This document shows, piece by piece, positions 1 through 14,848 of a stretch of DNA of 64,000 bases. Source of the stretch: Callorhinchus milii. Taxonomy: Eukaryota. The position numbers were made by a program, and so were the translations under genes. The DNA lies in contig NW_024704746.1 in the NCBI RefSeq assembly GCF_018977255.1, forward strand, positions 4,464,001 to 4,528,000, written 5' to 3'. How positions within the stretch are numbered: the stretch's first letter is position 1; each line of letters opens with the position of its first letter. The notes under the pieces were generated by a model that saw nothing but the letters and a program-made list of their open reading frames with translations, did not search any database and was not told where the DNA came from.

Positions 1-559
1 CACGTGGGGCTTGAACCGACAATCTTTTAACTCGGAGGCAAACGCGCCAGACTGATAGGCTCTGTGGAGTCCCCAAGCCTCGGCTCCTGCCAACCTGGGC
101 CCAGTACTCTCCGCGATTAGGCAAACAGGATGCGCCCCTCCAGGGAGAGCGTACGCATTCCCTTACGATAAATATTTCCGGAAATCCCGCGTGCACGCGG
201 GACACGTGAAATCCTCAAGCTCGGTTTGGATGCTCTTCCGCGCGGTGATGGGTTTCCGCCCGCGTCAAGACACTCCCCGACACGAAAAAAAACACACACA
301 CACACACACACACTGGAATTGGAAGCGAAAACAAGTCCCACATTAACAAAACAGTCGTCATCTTCAGTTTCGAACAGTTCCACTCTTGGGTTGGTCCCCC
401 ACACACACCCGCCTTCACCTCCTCTGCTCTGACCTGACACCTTCCTCTTCATGTCGAAGCTTCCCCACTTCCTTTCAGTTAACGATCCCTCTCCCCAGCC
501 CTCTGCTCGGGTCGGCCTCAGACACACCGCAAGAGCAGCGTTAAACACTTCCGATTCCC

Positions 560-1150
560 ACATCACTAACGTTCCCCACATGTGCGCCGAATTAAACAAC
601 AGCGATCCGGAAAAACCCACAGGGATCGCAGATCGCGCCGAAACTTGAAGCTGTCACTGAACCGCGGCAACTTGTGGCCCAACGGAGCCGCCTGAGGCCC
701 CGCCGCCGTGAGGGCTGAGCCGGGAGCCCGGGACCCGAGGCCGGGCCGAGGCAGCTCCGGCTGGAGTCGCCGTCGCTGCTCGGCTCCCCCGCCCCCCCCA
801 CCGCTCACCGCCGCCCCCGCACTCACCGTCCCGCCGTCTTTAATGATGATTTTCTTGGCCAACATCAGGCTCCGGTGAACCCGCTTCTTCTTCTTGGCCT
901 CAATCATGGCGGCATCGCGCAGCCCCGACGCTCAACCAACGCGCTCTCGCCCGGCGCGCTCCCGCCGCCCACACAGCGCAGCGCGCTCCCGCCCGGCGGC
1001 CGGGCCCCGCCCTCACCGCTGCCATGGCGACCGCGCGCGCGGCACGAATTCCATTGGTCCGTCAGGATCACGTGATTATCACCCGGCGTTACCTCGGCTC
1101 ACTCGGTGCTGAGCATGCGCCGACACTGCAGCTGCAGCGCCGCCTACCGG
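560..1150 (-). promoter_or_regulatory. CpG-island promoter of MFSD14A
   Basis: High GC/CpG. GC box near 1005, X-box-like GCTGCCATGGCGAC ~1018-1031, CCAAT (ATTGG) ~1053, E-box ATCACGTGAT ~1067-1076, NRF1-like GCATGCGC ~1113. Confidence 0.7.
827..907 (-). CDS. MFSD14A: MFSD14A/HIAT1 MFS transporter, first coding exon (gene continues left of the window)
   Basis: MIEAKKKKRVHRSLMLAKKIIIKDGGT matches the recalled HIAT1 N-terminus (KKKKR..RSIMLAKKIIIKDGGT). GCCGCCATG Kozak context and a gtgagt donor at 826. Lies downstream of SLC35A3 on the same strand, as in mammals. Confidence 0.9.
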
Positions 1151-3643
1151 CAGCTCCTCCTGCAAACACCAGACCCACCATCCTGGTCCATACCTCCCCC
1201 ACGTCAACAACAATTTGCATTTATATAGCGCCCCCTCACGCAGGATAGCGACCCAGAGCGCTTTCCCTCAGTCACCTTTCCCTCCCACCCTGTTTTGGCC
1301 CCCGCCCCTCGCTCGCCTGCACAGCCGGCGGTTCGAGAGGTCCTCCCTGCTTGAAAAACTATATAAATGTGTATGTTATTTTATAATAATAATAATAATC
1401 CTCGCATTTGATATAGCGCTTTCCACGTCGGGAGGACGTCCCAAAGCGCTCCACAGAACACACGTAAAGTGAGCTGACTGTATATTTGTGGGCAAATAAT
1501 TTGTGGGCGAATAATAATAATTTTTGTCCAAATGTGAAACAAAAGCCGCAGCTTACAACGTGGGATATGTGGCTGACTGCAGCAACAACAAAATTACATT
1601 TGTATACATTCCACTAGTCTGAAAAACATTGTTCGTTTTCCATACTTCAACCATCTTTTTCTCCCCTCTTTGCCACATTCCCTTTCAAAATAGACGTCTT
1701 AATGTTTGAAACAAGCTTTTTAAGTGGCACCTCATCAGATGTTTTTTATCTGCACAATTATTTCCTCCCCCAAAAAATCAAGTCTTTTATAAATCTGTAC
1801 CCTAATTAACTCTTGCTTTTCCAAGCTTTTGCTAATTTTATCTTGTTACTGACCCCAGATGTTCATCCACAAAATACAAGGACTATTATCATCAACCAAA
1901 CAAACAAATTTCAGTTTTTCCCTCCAACCCCTTCTTGCAGTGTTACATTGAATGAATTTATAGGATCCAGGCTACCCACATGTGAAATGCACAGATCAAC
2001 CAGCATCCGAAAGTGAATAGGTTAAAGGTTTGGGATGTTGCATTACTTTGCTTTTTAATTCAGATTTCCAACATAGNTTTTTTTAATCTAGTATTTAAAT
2101 AATGCATATTTCACATTCAGGATGAAATCCAATTTCTGTCAACGTGAACACTTTGGGTGGGACCCGTTTAGGGTTTATATTTCTGAAAAAGAAAATAATT
2201 GGGGCTCAGGTCAAGGCTGGTGTTTCACTGTTCACGCTGGTGTTTCTGTTCAATTTTTTTCTTTATCGAACATCCCTTCCTCTTCCCCAAAAGATTAAAA
2301 TACCAGAAAATGTGCTCGTTGACAATTTTATTTTACATTAACAACCTGTATCTTACATAAATATTCCAAAAAGTCCTTGCACAGCAGGGAACTTTATTCA
2401 CGATTTGCCAAATATGCACATGATCTTGGATTAAACATTACTAGCTTTGAAAATACATTCTTACTTGGCACTTTGCACCAACCTACAAGTATAGCATTTC
2501 TATCTAGGAAGCAATTTCACATAGTATGACATTGGCAAAATTCAACTAAGGTTCAGAATTCTAGTAATATTTGTGCTTTCGGATTTATATTGATGTATAG
2601 CGAAAGTTAGTTTGTAAACTAATTTTCCTCGTGAATGGAAATGAAACTGATCCATAGAAAATATTTTTTTAATAGTCACAGGATATGGATTATACACAAT
2701 ACAATTTAAGAAATTCCCATTGATCACCAACCATTACTGCTCCTGTAAGCATGAAATACATATTACAACATTTTAATGTTCGATAGTGAAGGGCGGAGTA
2801 TAAAAGAGTCTGATTTTTGGAGCACACATTTGTATAAAAGACTATCAAAAGATAGCTTACAATTGGATAAATGAAGGCAAAGGTTGTTTAGTATCTAAAA
2901 CAAAATAGAAAGGACATGACCCTTGTGTGGTAAGATGCATGTTTACAGTTTCTGGACTGTACTTTACAATATAAAACTCTTTTGTTATTTTATGAAAATT
3001 AAAATAATTAGGCCTCACTGTTCATACCGGCATTTCTGTTTAATTCTTTTCAATAGGAATTACACAAAGTGGCCACTCTGGGGTCCCCAAGCATTGGTTT
3101 TTGCTAACCACTCCAGAATTAGATAAGCAGGATGCATCCCTCTGGTGAGAGAGTGCGCATTCCATCTATCTCTGGAATTTCCATTTGTAGGTGGGATGCA
3201 TGGAATTTTCAGTTTGGTTAAGCACTGATGGATTTCCGCATGTATCAGACACCCAGCTGACCAAAAAAAAAAAAAGTGGGATTAGACAGCGTGGCTCACG
3301 TGAAGGAAAGAAATCATCAGACTTGATTGACCAGATGTCGTGGTTCCATTGGCAATAGCCTACGATTTTATGAGGTTGATTGGTTTAGCAGAATGGGCAG
3401 AGAGATGGCAAATGGAATTAAATGTTTAGAAATCTGCAGTACATTTTGGGAGGACGAACAAAGAAAGAAAAATACTAGATAATATTAACAAGAGCTGAGC
3501 AGCAAGACCAAGGAATAGATACACAAGTCTCTTAAAAAAAAGTTGAGGGTCAAGGTCATAAAAAACAAATGGAATTCTGCATTTTATATATAGTGCCAAA
3601 CAATTAAAGAGCAATGGAACAAATGTTAAATTTGTGCAAGGCA

Positions 3644-4175
3644 TTTGTCCGCCTCACCCAACTCCTCCCTCCACAGGCTGCAGATAATCCAGAACGCTGC
3701 AGCCTGTGTCCTCTCCTGCACCAAATTCCATGACCCCATCTCCCCCAACTCTACTTGCTCCCTATCCTTCAGAGGATCCAGTTCAAGATCCTGGTCCTCA
3801 CCTACAAAGCCCTTCATGGCCTCGCCCCACCCTACTCTGTGACCTCCTAACCCCCCTACCAACCTGCCCGTTCCCTCCGCTCAGCCGACTCTGGCTGCTC
3901 CACATCTCCCGACCCACCCGCCCCACCATTGGCGGGAGAGCTTTCAGCCACTCTGCCCCCAACCTCTGGAATTCCATCCCCCAGTCACTCCGCCTCGCCC
4001 CTCCTTCAAGTCCCGCCTCAAAACCCTCCTCTTCGACCATCGGCCACACCCTTTCCCTACCCCCTCCCTTCTCCCCCCAACCGCAGCTAGGGTCTGAAAT
4101 GCTGTACACTGTCCAGCGCCCTGGGACGTCCTCCCGACGTGAAAGGCGCTATACAAATGTAATCTTATTGTTGTT
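3644..4175 (+). mobile_element. L2-clade LINE, 3' fragment
   Basis: HRLQIIQNAAA remnant and the family 3' tail GGGACGTCCTCCCGACGTGAAAGGCGCTATACAAATGTAATCTTATTGTTGTTG. Confidence 0.8.
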
Positions 4176-7129
4176 GCAAGACAGAGGCTGAAATAGTTAG
4201 TCATGAGCAGATTGTGGGAGAGATTTACTAACCTTCCAAATTTACCTTGTAAAAAGGATTGCCTAGCAATTTTGTAATTATCTACATTAGTTTCACTGTA
4301 GCGAATCCTACTGAGTTATTTTTTTCAGTAGCATCCATACAGTTGTATATAACACAATTACCATTCAAATTCCAAGATTAAACAAGGATTCTGAAAAATC
4401 CATGTAAATATGGCACGTTGTTGCAGAAACTTTTTTTTCAAATAATAGAAATCTTATTTTTTCATGTAGATTGTTCAAATCGTAAACCTTGTCTATTGAT
4501 AAAGAATTATCTTATGGATAACTGGAATATTTTAATTACATTACTTGATATTAATCAATGTTGTTTGGAATATTTTGATTAACAAGAAACCCATTACCCG
4601 CTGACCCACCTGGAGGACCCTTGTCAATCAATTTTATTAAAAAATTATAGTTGGATCATTTATATACTGGCAATTATTAATCTATCAGTTTCTAATTTAC
4701 ATAGACATAAGATGCAATAAATGCTTTTTGGAACAAAATTGGTATAAAAATTACCACAATTAACAAATGTGACTCCCAACAATTTTGGTGGCTAAATTTA
4801 ATGACGAATAATTAATCTTAGGAGGAAAGGATTGTTGTTAACAAAATAATATAGCTAAAATATTGCACTGTAAAACCAAATGAAAGATAATTTTGCTTTG
4901 TGCTTGAAACCTTCAGTAATGTGTTTTGAATCCCAATCAGTTCACCCCGCTCAGGTTAATAATTAATTACTTATATTTTCCAACCAACGTGCAATGTCTG
5001 ACAATTCAGATCTGAGTAGTATGAATTCCCAACACACCTCTTTGGTGTCTATATTGAATTGCCTATGTTAAGGTGATGTCTCACAAACAGTAGCTTTAAT
5101 GTTCCTTTTCTCCACAAGCTTCTGCATTTATGTACATTATACAATAATTTCAGGTCCCAATGCGACACTGACAAGTAGCTACTACACTTGTTGCTATGAA
5201 ATATCTCTTTTATTTAAGTACTGTATCTAACAGTACATCTGTGGATACCACTTATTCTGCATGTACAATTCAATCATATATTAAAAACTTAATCATTAGA
5301 AACTAATATTAAAAATTCTCAACCTTGGTGATAACATTGGTTTTACTATTGGAAACCCACACATACCAAGTGAAACCTGAGTTTATATTAATATTGTCAT
5401 CAAATTCATCCAAGTAACAGTAAATATTGATGCCTGAGATACACCCAACCAACACCCTACAAATTTATATTCTGCATAATTATGTAATATATTGACAGTT
5501 GTGATTTTTNAAAAAGAGAAAATATTCAAAAAATATATTTTTGTTACTGGACCATTTTGTAGAAAGAAACAACATTGTTTCTATTGAAAAAATGCGTCAG
5601 AACAGGAAAAAATGTTGGATTGAGAAAGGTGCTGGAATAGTCCTCAATACATAAATACAGTATGTTTCATGATCTGCTGCCTGAGGCAAGAGGACGGCAT
5701 TTTTACCTTCAGATAAATTAATATAAGAGGTTTATAAACATTCAACAGTGGGAGATGCAAACATTACAATTGCAGTTTGTATCACGGAAGGTAGCATAAA
5801 TTTCCAGAGACAATTTGTTGGGAGTCTAGTCCGCAGCTAGGGACATAGCTGAACAAAGCACAACAGAAATAGAAGACATCTTGAAAACTATGCAATTTGA
5901 AAGGTAATCACTTATGCACAAGAATATAACAGAAATTCTATAAAATCTCAAAATACCAAAAGATACCAATGAATGAAGATGCCTGTATTGGAGGGTCTCA
6001 AAGAACCTGCACATCAGAAATGCCACTGATTTGATATGGTCCCATATGGCTAACTTTCCACCTGACGTTATGTGCAGCTTTTCCTCCTCACCTTATCTAA
6101 GTGGACCCTCTGCCCGCTTCTTTTGTTTCTCATTTCAAACTGAACAGAGGGAAAGGTAACGGAGTTTTGGGCAAAGTTTTTTGCTGCTGAACTTTGCATT
6201 TTTAAATAACATCTTCTACAGAAAACCTGGATGCATTTACTCATAAATGAATAGGTTGCACAGTGCAAATAATGAATTATTTTAAAGATTAGAACACAAC
6301 ATAACCAAAAATCAGTTACTATATTTCCCTATATTAAAACACAATCAAGTTATTCTGTCTTATTTAGGTCAATCTGGCAAATTTTATTTGAAAAACACAA
6401 AATGGTAAATTGTTCTGGTGTACACACTAGAACAAGGCTCCTATTTGAAATGAATCAATTCTCAGAAAATATTTTAAAAATTAAGTAACCCTAGGGCTGG
6501 GCAATACTAAGCTACATTATTAAATACAGAAGAAAAGTCAGGACAGTTCTACATAGCTTACTATTCTTTTTATTGTAATAAATTGTATCCCGTTCAGTTT
6601 TCTCTCCCAACTCCAATTTCCCCAGAAAGCAGGCCCCTCATTTTACTCAAGTGGCCACTCTTCACATGGGAACCTGGGCATAAATACTACCGACTTGACT
6701 ACACCAGCAGCACAGTTGAGGTAAATCTAATTTTCAATTGAGATAAATGTTCTATCAAGCACAGTCAAGAAGAGAAAATCATGAACAAGTTTTCTCTTTC
6801 CCAGCCCGGGAGCACTATATCCAAATATGGCAGCTTCCTCTTCCATACCGAGAAATCGTATAAACACCTTCTTAGTTTGATATAATTCAATATTATGCCA
6901 GAAGGAGAATTTACCGTTGGAGCTGTGGAATGAAGTAAAATGTTCCTCAACAATCACAAACATTTCCCTGTCAGCTGTTTTAATTTCAATTAATTACATT
7001 CCTTTCCCCCTTTTCCTAAAAATGCTGGTTCATTCTGACAGCAGCACTTTGTAACGTTGCCCAAGTTGCCCCTCTTCATGTGTAAGGTCAGAAAGCGAGT
7101 GCCAGCAAAGGAAGGGAACATCAGTTGAT

Positions 7130-7720
7130 CCCAATCATTATTCACCCCCCCCCCAAATTCAATTATAGATAAGGCTATAAAAAAGCCATTGGGGTTTGAG
7201 GCTCTGTGTCCAGAGGGATAAAATATAAAAGTGAAGAGGTTTTGTTGAATTTGTGCAAAACCTTTGTTAGATGACATATGGAATAATGGATCCAATTCTG
7301 GTCTTCACACTATAAGTAAAAAGTAGCAATGGAAAGAGTACAGCATAGATTTACTAGCTTGATAGCAAAGCTAGCACGTTACTGCTATCAGGATAGGTAG
7401 ATATTTAAAATTATAAAAAGGTTTGATTAAGTTAGCATAAACAGGCTATTTCCATTGGTTGCAAATTCCGTAACCAGGGAACACAAGTATAAGATAGCGA
7501 CAGGGGAATCCAAAAGAGAATTTAGGAGGAATTACTTATCACAGAGGATAATGGGATGACGGAATTCACTGCCTGAAGCAGAAGTTGAATCAGATAGTAT
7601 AGATGCATTCAAGAGGAAGCTAGATTTTGAGGTAGAGGGGAATAGAAGGGTGTGGGAGGGAGAATAGGATTGGGCAGAGACTCATGTGGAGTATAAACAC
7701 TGGCATGGACTGTATATTCT
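7130..7720 (+). mobile_element. Old CR1 LINE, 3' fragment
   Basis: Degenerate CR1 ORF2 C-terminus and 3' UTR, similar to 22800-23390. Confidence 0.6.
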
Positions 7721-9341
7721 TAGTAAACCTTTCAATACTCATCCCAATTGGCTACAACTAATTAAGTAGTTGTCAGACATTGCTGGCACATTTTACTACT
7801 TGCCTCCATAACAATTCATTCATTTCTAATTAATCTCATATTGTAAAGTGCTTTGAGGTTTTTTTTAACGTGATAATCACTATAATTAACCGAGTGGTTT
7901 GCGCACTTTCCAGGAGAGGTGAGAGTAAGGTGCTCTTCATGTAGAATAATGTCTTGCAGAGTTTCATAAAAACTTTCCACAGTTTTGTTCCTTTCTGGAC
8001 TGTGTGGCGTATTTTCAGTGGCTTTGCTAAATGAGCCACTAGCAAGCCAATTTTTTAAAAATCTTTAAATATATAAAATATGGCTGCCTGATGACTTGAA
8101 GTTCAGTGCTAAGAAGCCTGGTTTACACCAGCAATGTTCCATGTGGAGAGTTACCATCACAGCCACAATGAGCAGAGGCCAGGGAGTAGCACGAGGTTGA
8201 GACATGGTTGCTTTGTTACTGGTTATGAGGAGGATCAGAAGAGCAATCCAGGATAATATACCAGACTGTGAGAAAGCACCTGGTTTCTGTTTATATTTAT
8301 CCCACCACAAATCCTCCATCGCACATACACCACCTTCACTTAGTCTCTCCTACTGAAAGGTAATTGGGAGGAAGTTCCTGCCATAAAGTGTTTAGAATTC
8401 TGACAATGGATTCCTTAATTGAAACACAATGATCAAATTAATACATTAACCTCAGTGGTTAGATTTTATGAATAACCAATATTAATACAAAATGAAGAAA
8501 CATGCACTGGAGGGAATTTCTCTTGTAGTATTAAATGGAAACTTGCACAAGTGTTTTTAAATGTTTCAGTGCCAATAGATATGAGGATTGTCATCCCTTC
8601 ACCTGCTTGTTAACATGACTACCAGGTTTATCTTTCACAAGTGTGGAAAGCAGATAAAACTTAAAATATAAATTGTTCTTTTTAAAAACAGTCATTTAAA
8701 GAACAAAACTCAATGGTGTTTGGGTCAAAGTCACTGTTGGTAACTAACCTCAACTGACATTAAATATCAACATGAAAAATAATTATTTGGTGAAGATAAA
8801 GTTGGATTGCTCATGGACTGAGATGTGCTATGCTCAGGAGCACCTCAACCAGGTGGAAACCTGCACAGAAAATGCAGGAACAAGCAAGAAGATCTTTATG
8901 CAATTATACAAATAATCAGAATTACAATTCTCCTGAATTTTAGGCTAAACGTTTGCACCTTTGATCAAAGGGATCTCAGGCACAAAATGTGAACAGTTTA
9001 ACATTTGTTCAATTTGTGGGATGAGAGAAGAAAGAAAATTAAACCTTGTTGATTGCTGAACCCTTTCTGACTTTACATTGTACCAAAGTTAAAACAGCAA
9101 GATTATTTTGTACCACTTATCTTTCTACACCTCTGGTATTTCACAAGTTATTGGAATACCACCCTGATCCTATGAAATTACATTAAATTCCTCACTTTTG
9201 ATAACTTAAAAGTAAATATTTTGTCCTTTAACAAAACATGTTCTATTGTCTGTAACCTTGAAGTATCTCCAGGTAGCAGCTTGCAGTTTCATTGTTCTGC
9301 GGGTTTTAACCCCACAAAAAGAAGTGCTGGTGATCATGACT

Positions 9342-9432
9342 TCATGCTTTGCTTGGATTGGATGTGGGCTTCGGCTCATATCCATACAGGAATGTTGCAG
9401 TTATCACCAGTAATGCACCAAAGAAAAAGACA
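9342..9432 (-). CDS. SLC35A3: SLC35A3 terminal coding exon
   Basis: [32 protein letters not shown], matching the recalled SLC35A3 C-terminus. Confidence 0.95.
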
Positions 9433-9484
9433 CTGAAATAAAACAGAATTAGCAGCAACAATTACTACAAAAACCATGATTTAT

Positions 9485-9820
9485 GATAATAATAATAATC
9501 CTTGCATTTGATATAGCGCTTTTCACGTCTTCTAGAAGTCTCAAAGTGCTTCACAGAATATGCTGTAAAGTGAATTGACCGTATATTTGTGGGCGAAACG
9601 CAGCAGCCAATTGCGCACAGCAGTGTCCCACAAACAGTCGTGGATTGAGAATGACCAATTTATTTACAAAGAATGTACAGCATTCTTCGCTGTACAGGTC
9701 AGTTGGCTCAACCAGTCCATTTATACTCCAAGAGTCTTGCCCAAGGTTTCACCCTGCGGGAATCGAACCCAGGTCTCTCGCTTACAAAGCGAGTGCCCTA
9801 ACCACTGAGCTACAGGACTC
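9485..9820 (-). mobile_element. tRNA-derived SINE (Deu-like core, L2-type tail)
   Basis: Reverse complement of the family seen at 17316, 47630 and 59821. Confidence 0.85.
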
Positions 9821-11456
9821 CATACTATATTACCTTTATATATTTATAATAACTATATTACCTGATTCAACCACTGCTTTAAGCAGCAAGTTCCCTAATC
9901 TCACTCCCCTCTGAGTGACGTAGTTGTTCCTAAATTCTGTTTTAGATTCCCCTAGCCGCTATCTCATACTGATTAACAATTTCTTAGTTAATTTAAGCAA
10001 TATTAATTCTCCAATCGTTTACATACTAATGTAAATCAAAGGTTTTAAGTTTTGACCTCGTGTTTCACACAGTTTGAACAAACCATCTAACCTCTTTAGG
10101 TTTCAACTTTCCCCTTAGCAAATTCCATCCCAAACCACGGAGCAGGGTGCCTAATTTTTAAGAAGGAATATACACTAAAACCCACAGAAGATAGTGAATA
10201 AGCCATCTTCTGCTTGACATAGTTACTCCTAAATTCACTTGTTAACAAACTTTCAATGAAGCAGGTTCCAATACTAAGCACAACCACAAATAGCCTGAGA
10301 ATACTTTTCTTCTCACATGATCATGTACCTGCCACCCTGAGAGTCTGAGCATGTTCCACATATGATTCCTGGAGAAGGGGGAAGCTCAGTCAGGCTTCAT
10401 CAACATTTCCCGGTCCCCAGTGAGGCTGTCCATACTCCAAGCGTTCAATTTACAATACAATTTACAAAGCAGGTCAAACTGAGACAAAGTCGACAGCTCT
10501 GACCTCTGAAGGCCAGCCAGGATGGTGAGGCTAGGAGTTCAGCCAGCGGGAGTCTACACGCTTGTGAGCCTGCAAAAATCTTCCATTTTTCAGTTTTAAG
10601 CCCAGTCCGGCTAGGTATAAATTCCGGTAAGCCGAGGGGTTTACTGAACACTTTTTGTCGTGTTTTAGAAGTCAAAATGTTTAAAAACACTTTATGGTAA
10701 TTATTATGAAATGTCATTTTCCACACAGTAAGGTTCCATAAGCAACTATGAGGTGAACGATTAAATAATCTGAAACAGTGTTGGCCAGGACACTGTGCGA
10801 AACGTCCTTCTCTTCAAATAGTGCCAGAGGATCTTTAACATCCACCTGAATAGGCAGACAAGCCTCTATTGAATGCAAATGAGAGGGCTCATAACACTGC
10901 AGCACTGAACTGCAATGGATGAGCTCAAGATTAGCACTGGCGCTCAGGTCCATAAATGGGGTTACATCAGATTGATGCATTGCGTTTAGTACATTGTGTT
11001 TATTGGAACTTCATTTTGAATATCCAAGATGCCTACCCTGTCAAGCTCCTTGGGATACCTTAGCTTCCTGCACTGACTGAATATCCGTGGTTAACTGTCA
11101 ATTTAACTGGCTTGCGCCGTGTCTTCAATCCAGATAATTTACACGAACATGAGCGGGCCCAGTATACTTCCCAAAGCGTTTCAACCCAGTGTCAATTCCC
11201 TTTCCAACTGCCATTCTGCTGGGAGCAAATTAACTCAGCCTCTGACAATATAAACCCTGTGTAAGATAGATGAAGATTTAGAAAACCAAACTGAGTAACT
11301 ATTACTAAAGAAGTCCTTCAAACCTCTGCAGTATAACAATTAAAAGCCTGCAATCTTTCTCAGCATTCAACAGGCTTCTAAGTTTGGCAAGATAAGATAG
11401 ACTCCGGGGGCAAAACAAGACAAAGAAATGAACACAATCAACTTCCATCATTCTCA

Positions 11457-11627
<171 letters not shown>

Positions 11628-12118
11628 TTATAAAGAAATGACATTACAAAGCAACTCAGTTAAAAGTGATTCCTGTAATCCTCTTCCATATACTATTGTC
11701 CAATACTTGAGTATTTTGCAATTTCTGAGAAGTTTTACCATTGAGATACATGAGTGAAAAGGGAATGGGAGGAAGGGGCAAAGCTAGAGATTAGGATAGA
11801 TTAAATTGGTGTTTATATAGAATATGAACACCAACATGGACTAGTTGCTCTGAATGAGCCTGTTTCGATGTTATGAATTATATGTAATGCTATGAGATGG
11901 CCAAAAATAAAATTCCCAGAACACGATAATACTACTTGCATTCAGTAAAGCACCTTTCACATCAGGAGGAAGTCTCAAAGTGCTTCACAGATTCACTGTA
12001 AAGTGTAGCAACTGTGTACCTTGTGCATGAACATGGCAGCCAATTGCATACAGCAATGCCCTATGAACAATATGTGCCCTTCCCTCAGGGTAGGGTCTCA
12101 GGGTGCTTAAAGTCCTAC

Positions 12119-12237
12119 CTGTAGAAGTACTACAATCCACGTGAGGTTGTTGTAACCCTGGAAAATTCCATCTTCTTTTACTCGCTCCCCATCATATACG
12201 TACACACCCATCATTCCAAAAATACTACCAAACAAAC
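12119..12237 (-). CDS. SLC35A3: SLC35A3 coding exon 5
   Basis: [40 protein letters not shown], bounded by ag/gt. Confidence 0.95.
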
Positions 12238-13374
12238 CTAAAGGAGACAAAAAGCATTTCAACATCCAATATACGAATAAAGCACATTTTAGTCTACAAA
12301 TTATTTCAGCCAATTAACTTCTAAACACATTACATGAACAACAACAAATCACATTTATCTAATGCCTTTCACGTCGAGAAGACATCCCAAAGAGCTGGAA
12401 AATCTAGGATTTGTACCCAAGCTGGGGGTTGGATTCAGGAAGGTTAAGAGAAAGAAGATGACTTAAGTCGCAGTCAAAGAGGAAGGTTTTTGAAGGAGGC
12501 AAGGGAAGCCTAGAAAACATGAAAGGCGCTATACCAAATGCAAGGACTATTGTAATAATATGGAAGTTCAGGCCAATCTAAGCAACCTGCAACAATTAAG
12601 TGCTTAATTTTAAACTACAAAAACAAAGTTGAACAGCATTATTTTGTAAATGAAGTACATATTTGTTTCACATGAAACAATTTTTCAATACGAGAAAGTT
12701 TATAAATGGACACCATCACGGTTGTTTGATTTCTTAAAATTCATACTAAAAGATAACATTTATGTTTTGTTGCCAAATACTGGTTCCTTTTAAAAAAAAG
12801 TAAATCACAGCAAAATTGACTAATCTTAATTCTTCATACACTGATGAGCAAACTGCACTCCAGCAACTTTCTGTTTTTAACTTTACATTCCAGTTCTTAG
12901 AACACAAGCTCAATTCCGGCTGTTGCCATATGTAGTGAACTTCAGTGAGGTTTATTGGAGGTGGTGTTTATTGGATTTTGGAGAAGCGTTCACATCCAAA
13001 AGAGTTGAAGCTCCTACCAGATGAAGTCTGCAACCCACATAACTCAAATTTAGACCTTTCCTGTGTTCTATGAAAACCAAACAAAGCGCATAGAACAATG
13101 CAATTGTAGGCCTTTTTGTAAACTTACATTGTGGTATCTATAAGTAGTTCTTACCATTAATCTCCATTGTACAATAAATTGTTAGCCAACACTTGCATAA
13201 CAAGGTATAAAATAAAATAAAGTATAAAATCCCATTTACAGTGGACCCCATTGGTCTATTTTATTCCCCAAAATATCACTTAATCTCAACACATTGTTTG
13301 TGATGGTGATATTTTGGGGAGTTTATTGAAAGGACACCGGGAGAATCTCCCTTCTCGTTTCAAATAATATCCAA

Positions 13375-13840
13375 CAACAATAACAAGATTACATTTGAGG
13401 ACATCCCAAGGCACTGGACAGTGTACAGCATTTAAGACCCGAGTTGGGGTCAGGGTGGGGGGGGGGAGGAGAAGGGAGGGTGGCAGATGGCATGGTCGAA
13501 GAGGAGGGTCTTGAGGTGGGACTTGAAGAAGGCTAAGGAGGGGGCGAGGCGGAGTGATTGGGGGGATGGAATTCCAAAGGTTAGGGCAGAGTGGGTCGGG
13601 GGATGTGGAGCAGGCTGGAGCCGGCTGAGCGGAGGGAACAGGCAGGGGGTTAGGAGGTCGCAGAGGTAGGGTGGGGCGAGGCCATGGAGGGCTTTGTAGA
13701 TGAGGACCAGGATCTTGAACTGGATCCTCTGAAGGATAGGGAGCCAAAGGAGTTGGGCGAGAATGGGGGAGATGGGGTCACGGAGTTTGGTGCGGGAGAT
13801 GACATGGACTGCAGAGTTCTGGATTATCTGCAGCCTGTGG
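13375..13840 (-). mobile_element. L2 LINE, 3' fragment
   Basis: Reverse complement of the 3644-4175 element. Confidence 0.8.
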
Positions 13841-14676
13841 AGTTCATTCTAAAGTGGTCATCTAGGTTCAGTATCTCAAGCCCTGCTTTGTAAGCAAGCA
13901 TGAAAAAATATCCAGCTGCTGGGTTGTCAGACATGCAAAGTTACTTCCTGCATACGTGCAAATATCACTGCACCATGCATGTATGTATACAATGCACAAG
14001 CACTGCAGACATCACGTTCTTCACAAGTAAAGCCAGAAACGACAGCTGCTGGAGTTACCTCGAGTCCAGGTGTGCGAACACATGCTCATATATCCAGGGC
14101 TTCATATCCAAGTGAGAGCTTAAATAGTCACTTGTCTGATGGCTAATAACCAACTAGTGATTACGCCTGGGGGAGGGTGGGGAAGAGGAGGAGGAGAAAG
14201 TAAGCAGTCATTTAATGGCTTAGCTGTCTTAGAGGTGACATGCCTGGCAACGGATTATTGGAATCAAATCAATCCTCAGTGGCGATCTCTCTATTTCATT
14301 TCCTGGGCCAGGGAGGTCTACAGTATTCCAGGGATTCAACCCCCAACCTTCTGAGTGGTGATGGCCAGGCAAGGCAGGCTGAAAAATGGAGAGTATACAT
14401 TCTATTCAAGGCACAGGAACATTTCCACACGTAGGTGACATACAGATGTGGAATTCAGTCTGCTTTGGATGCTCTAAACCGGCTGATGAGCTTGCACACG
14501 GCATTGCACACTGGATTAATCAAAAGAAAAAGAACTATTTGACTCTTTTTTTCAACACATTCACCCAGTTAATCCTCTCACAACCAGGCAATTGCCAAAT
14601 ACCATTGTAGTACATATACAAGACTAGATTTAGAATTGCAATTGGAGTATCTAAATCCAATGATTATTTTACTCAC

Positions 14677-14848
14677 CTAATTGGATGTTTCTAATCCAAA
14701 CAGACTGCTTTGATCCTTTTAAAATTTTCTCAAAATATACTCCAGCAAAGCCACTAGAGAAACAAGCAATGAGAACAGACACAAGCCCCACAAACTGGGA
14801 TCCTGCCGAGAGCTCCTTCTTCAAATGCTCCGCGCTGTCTGTTGGCCA
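14677..14848 (-). CDS. SLC35A3: SLC35A3 coding exon 4
   Basis: [57 protein letters not shown], bounded by ag/gt. Confidence 0.95.
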
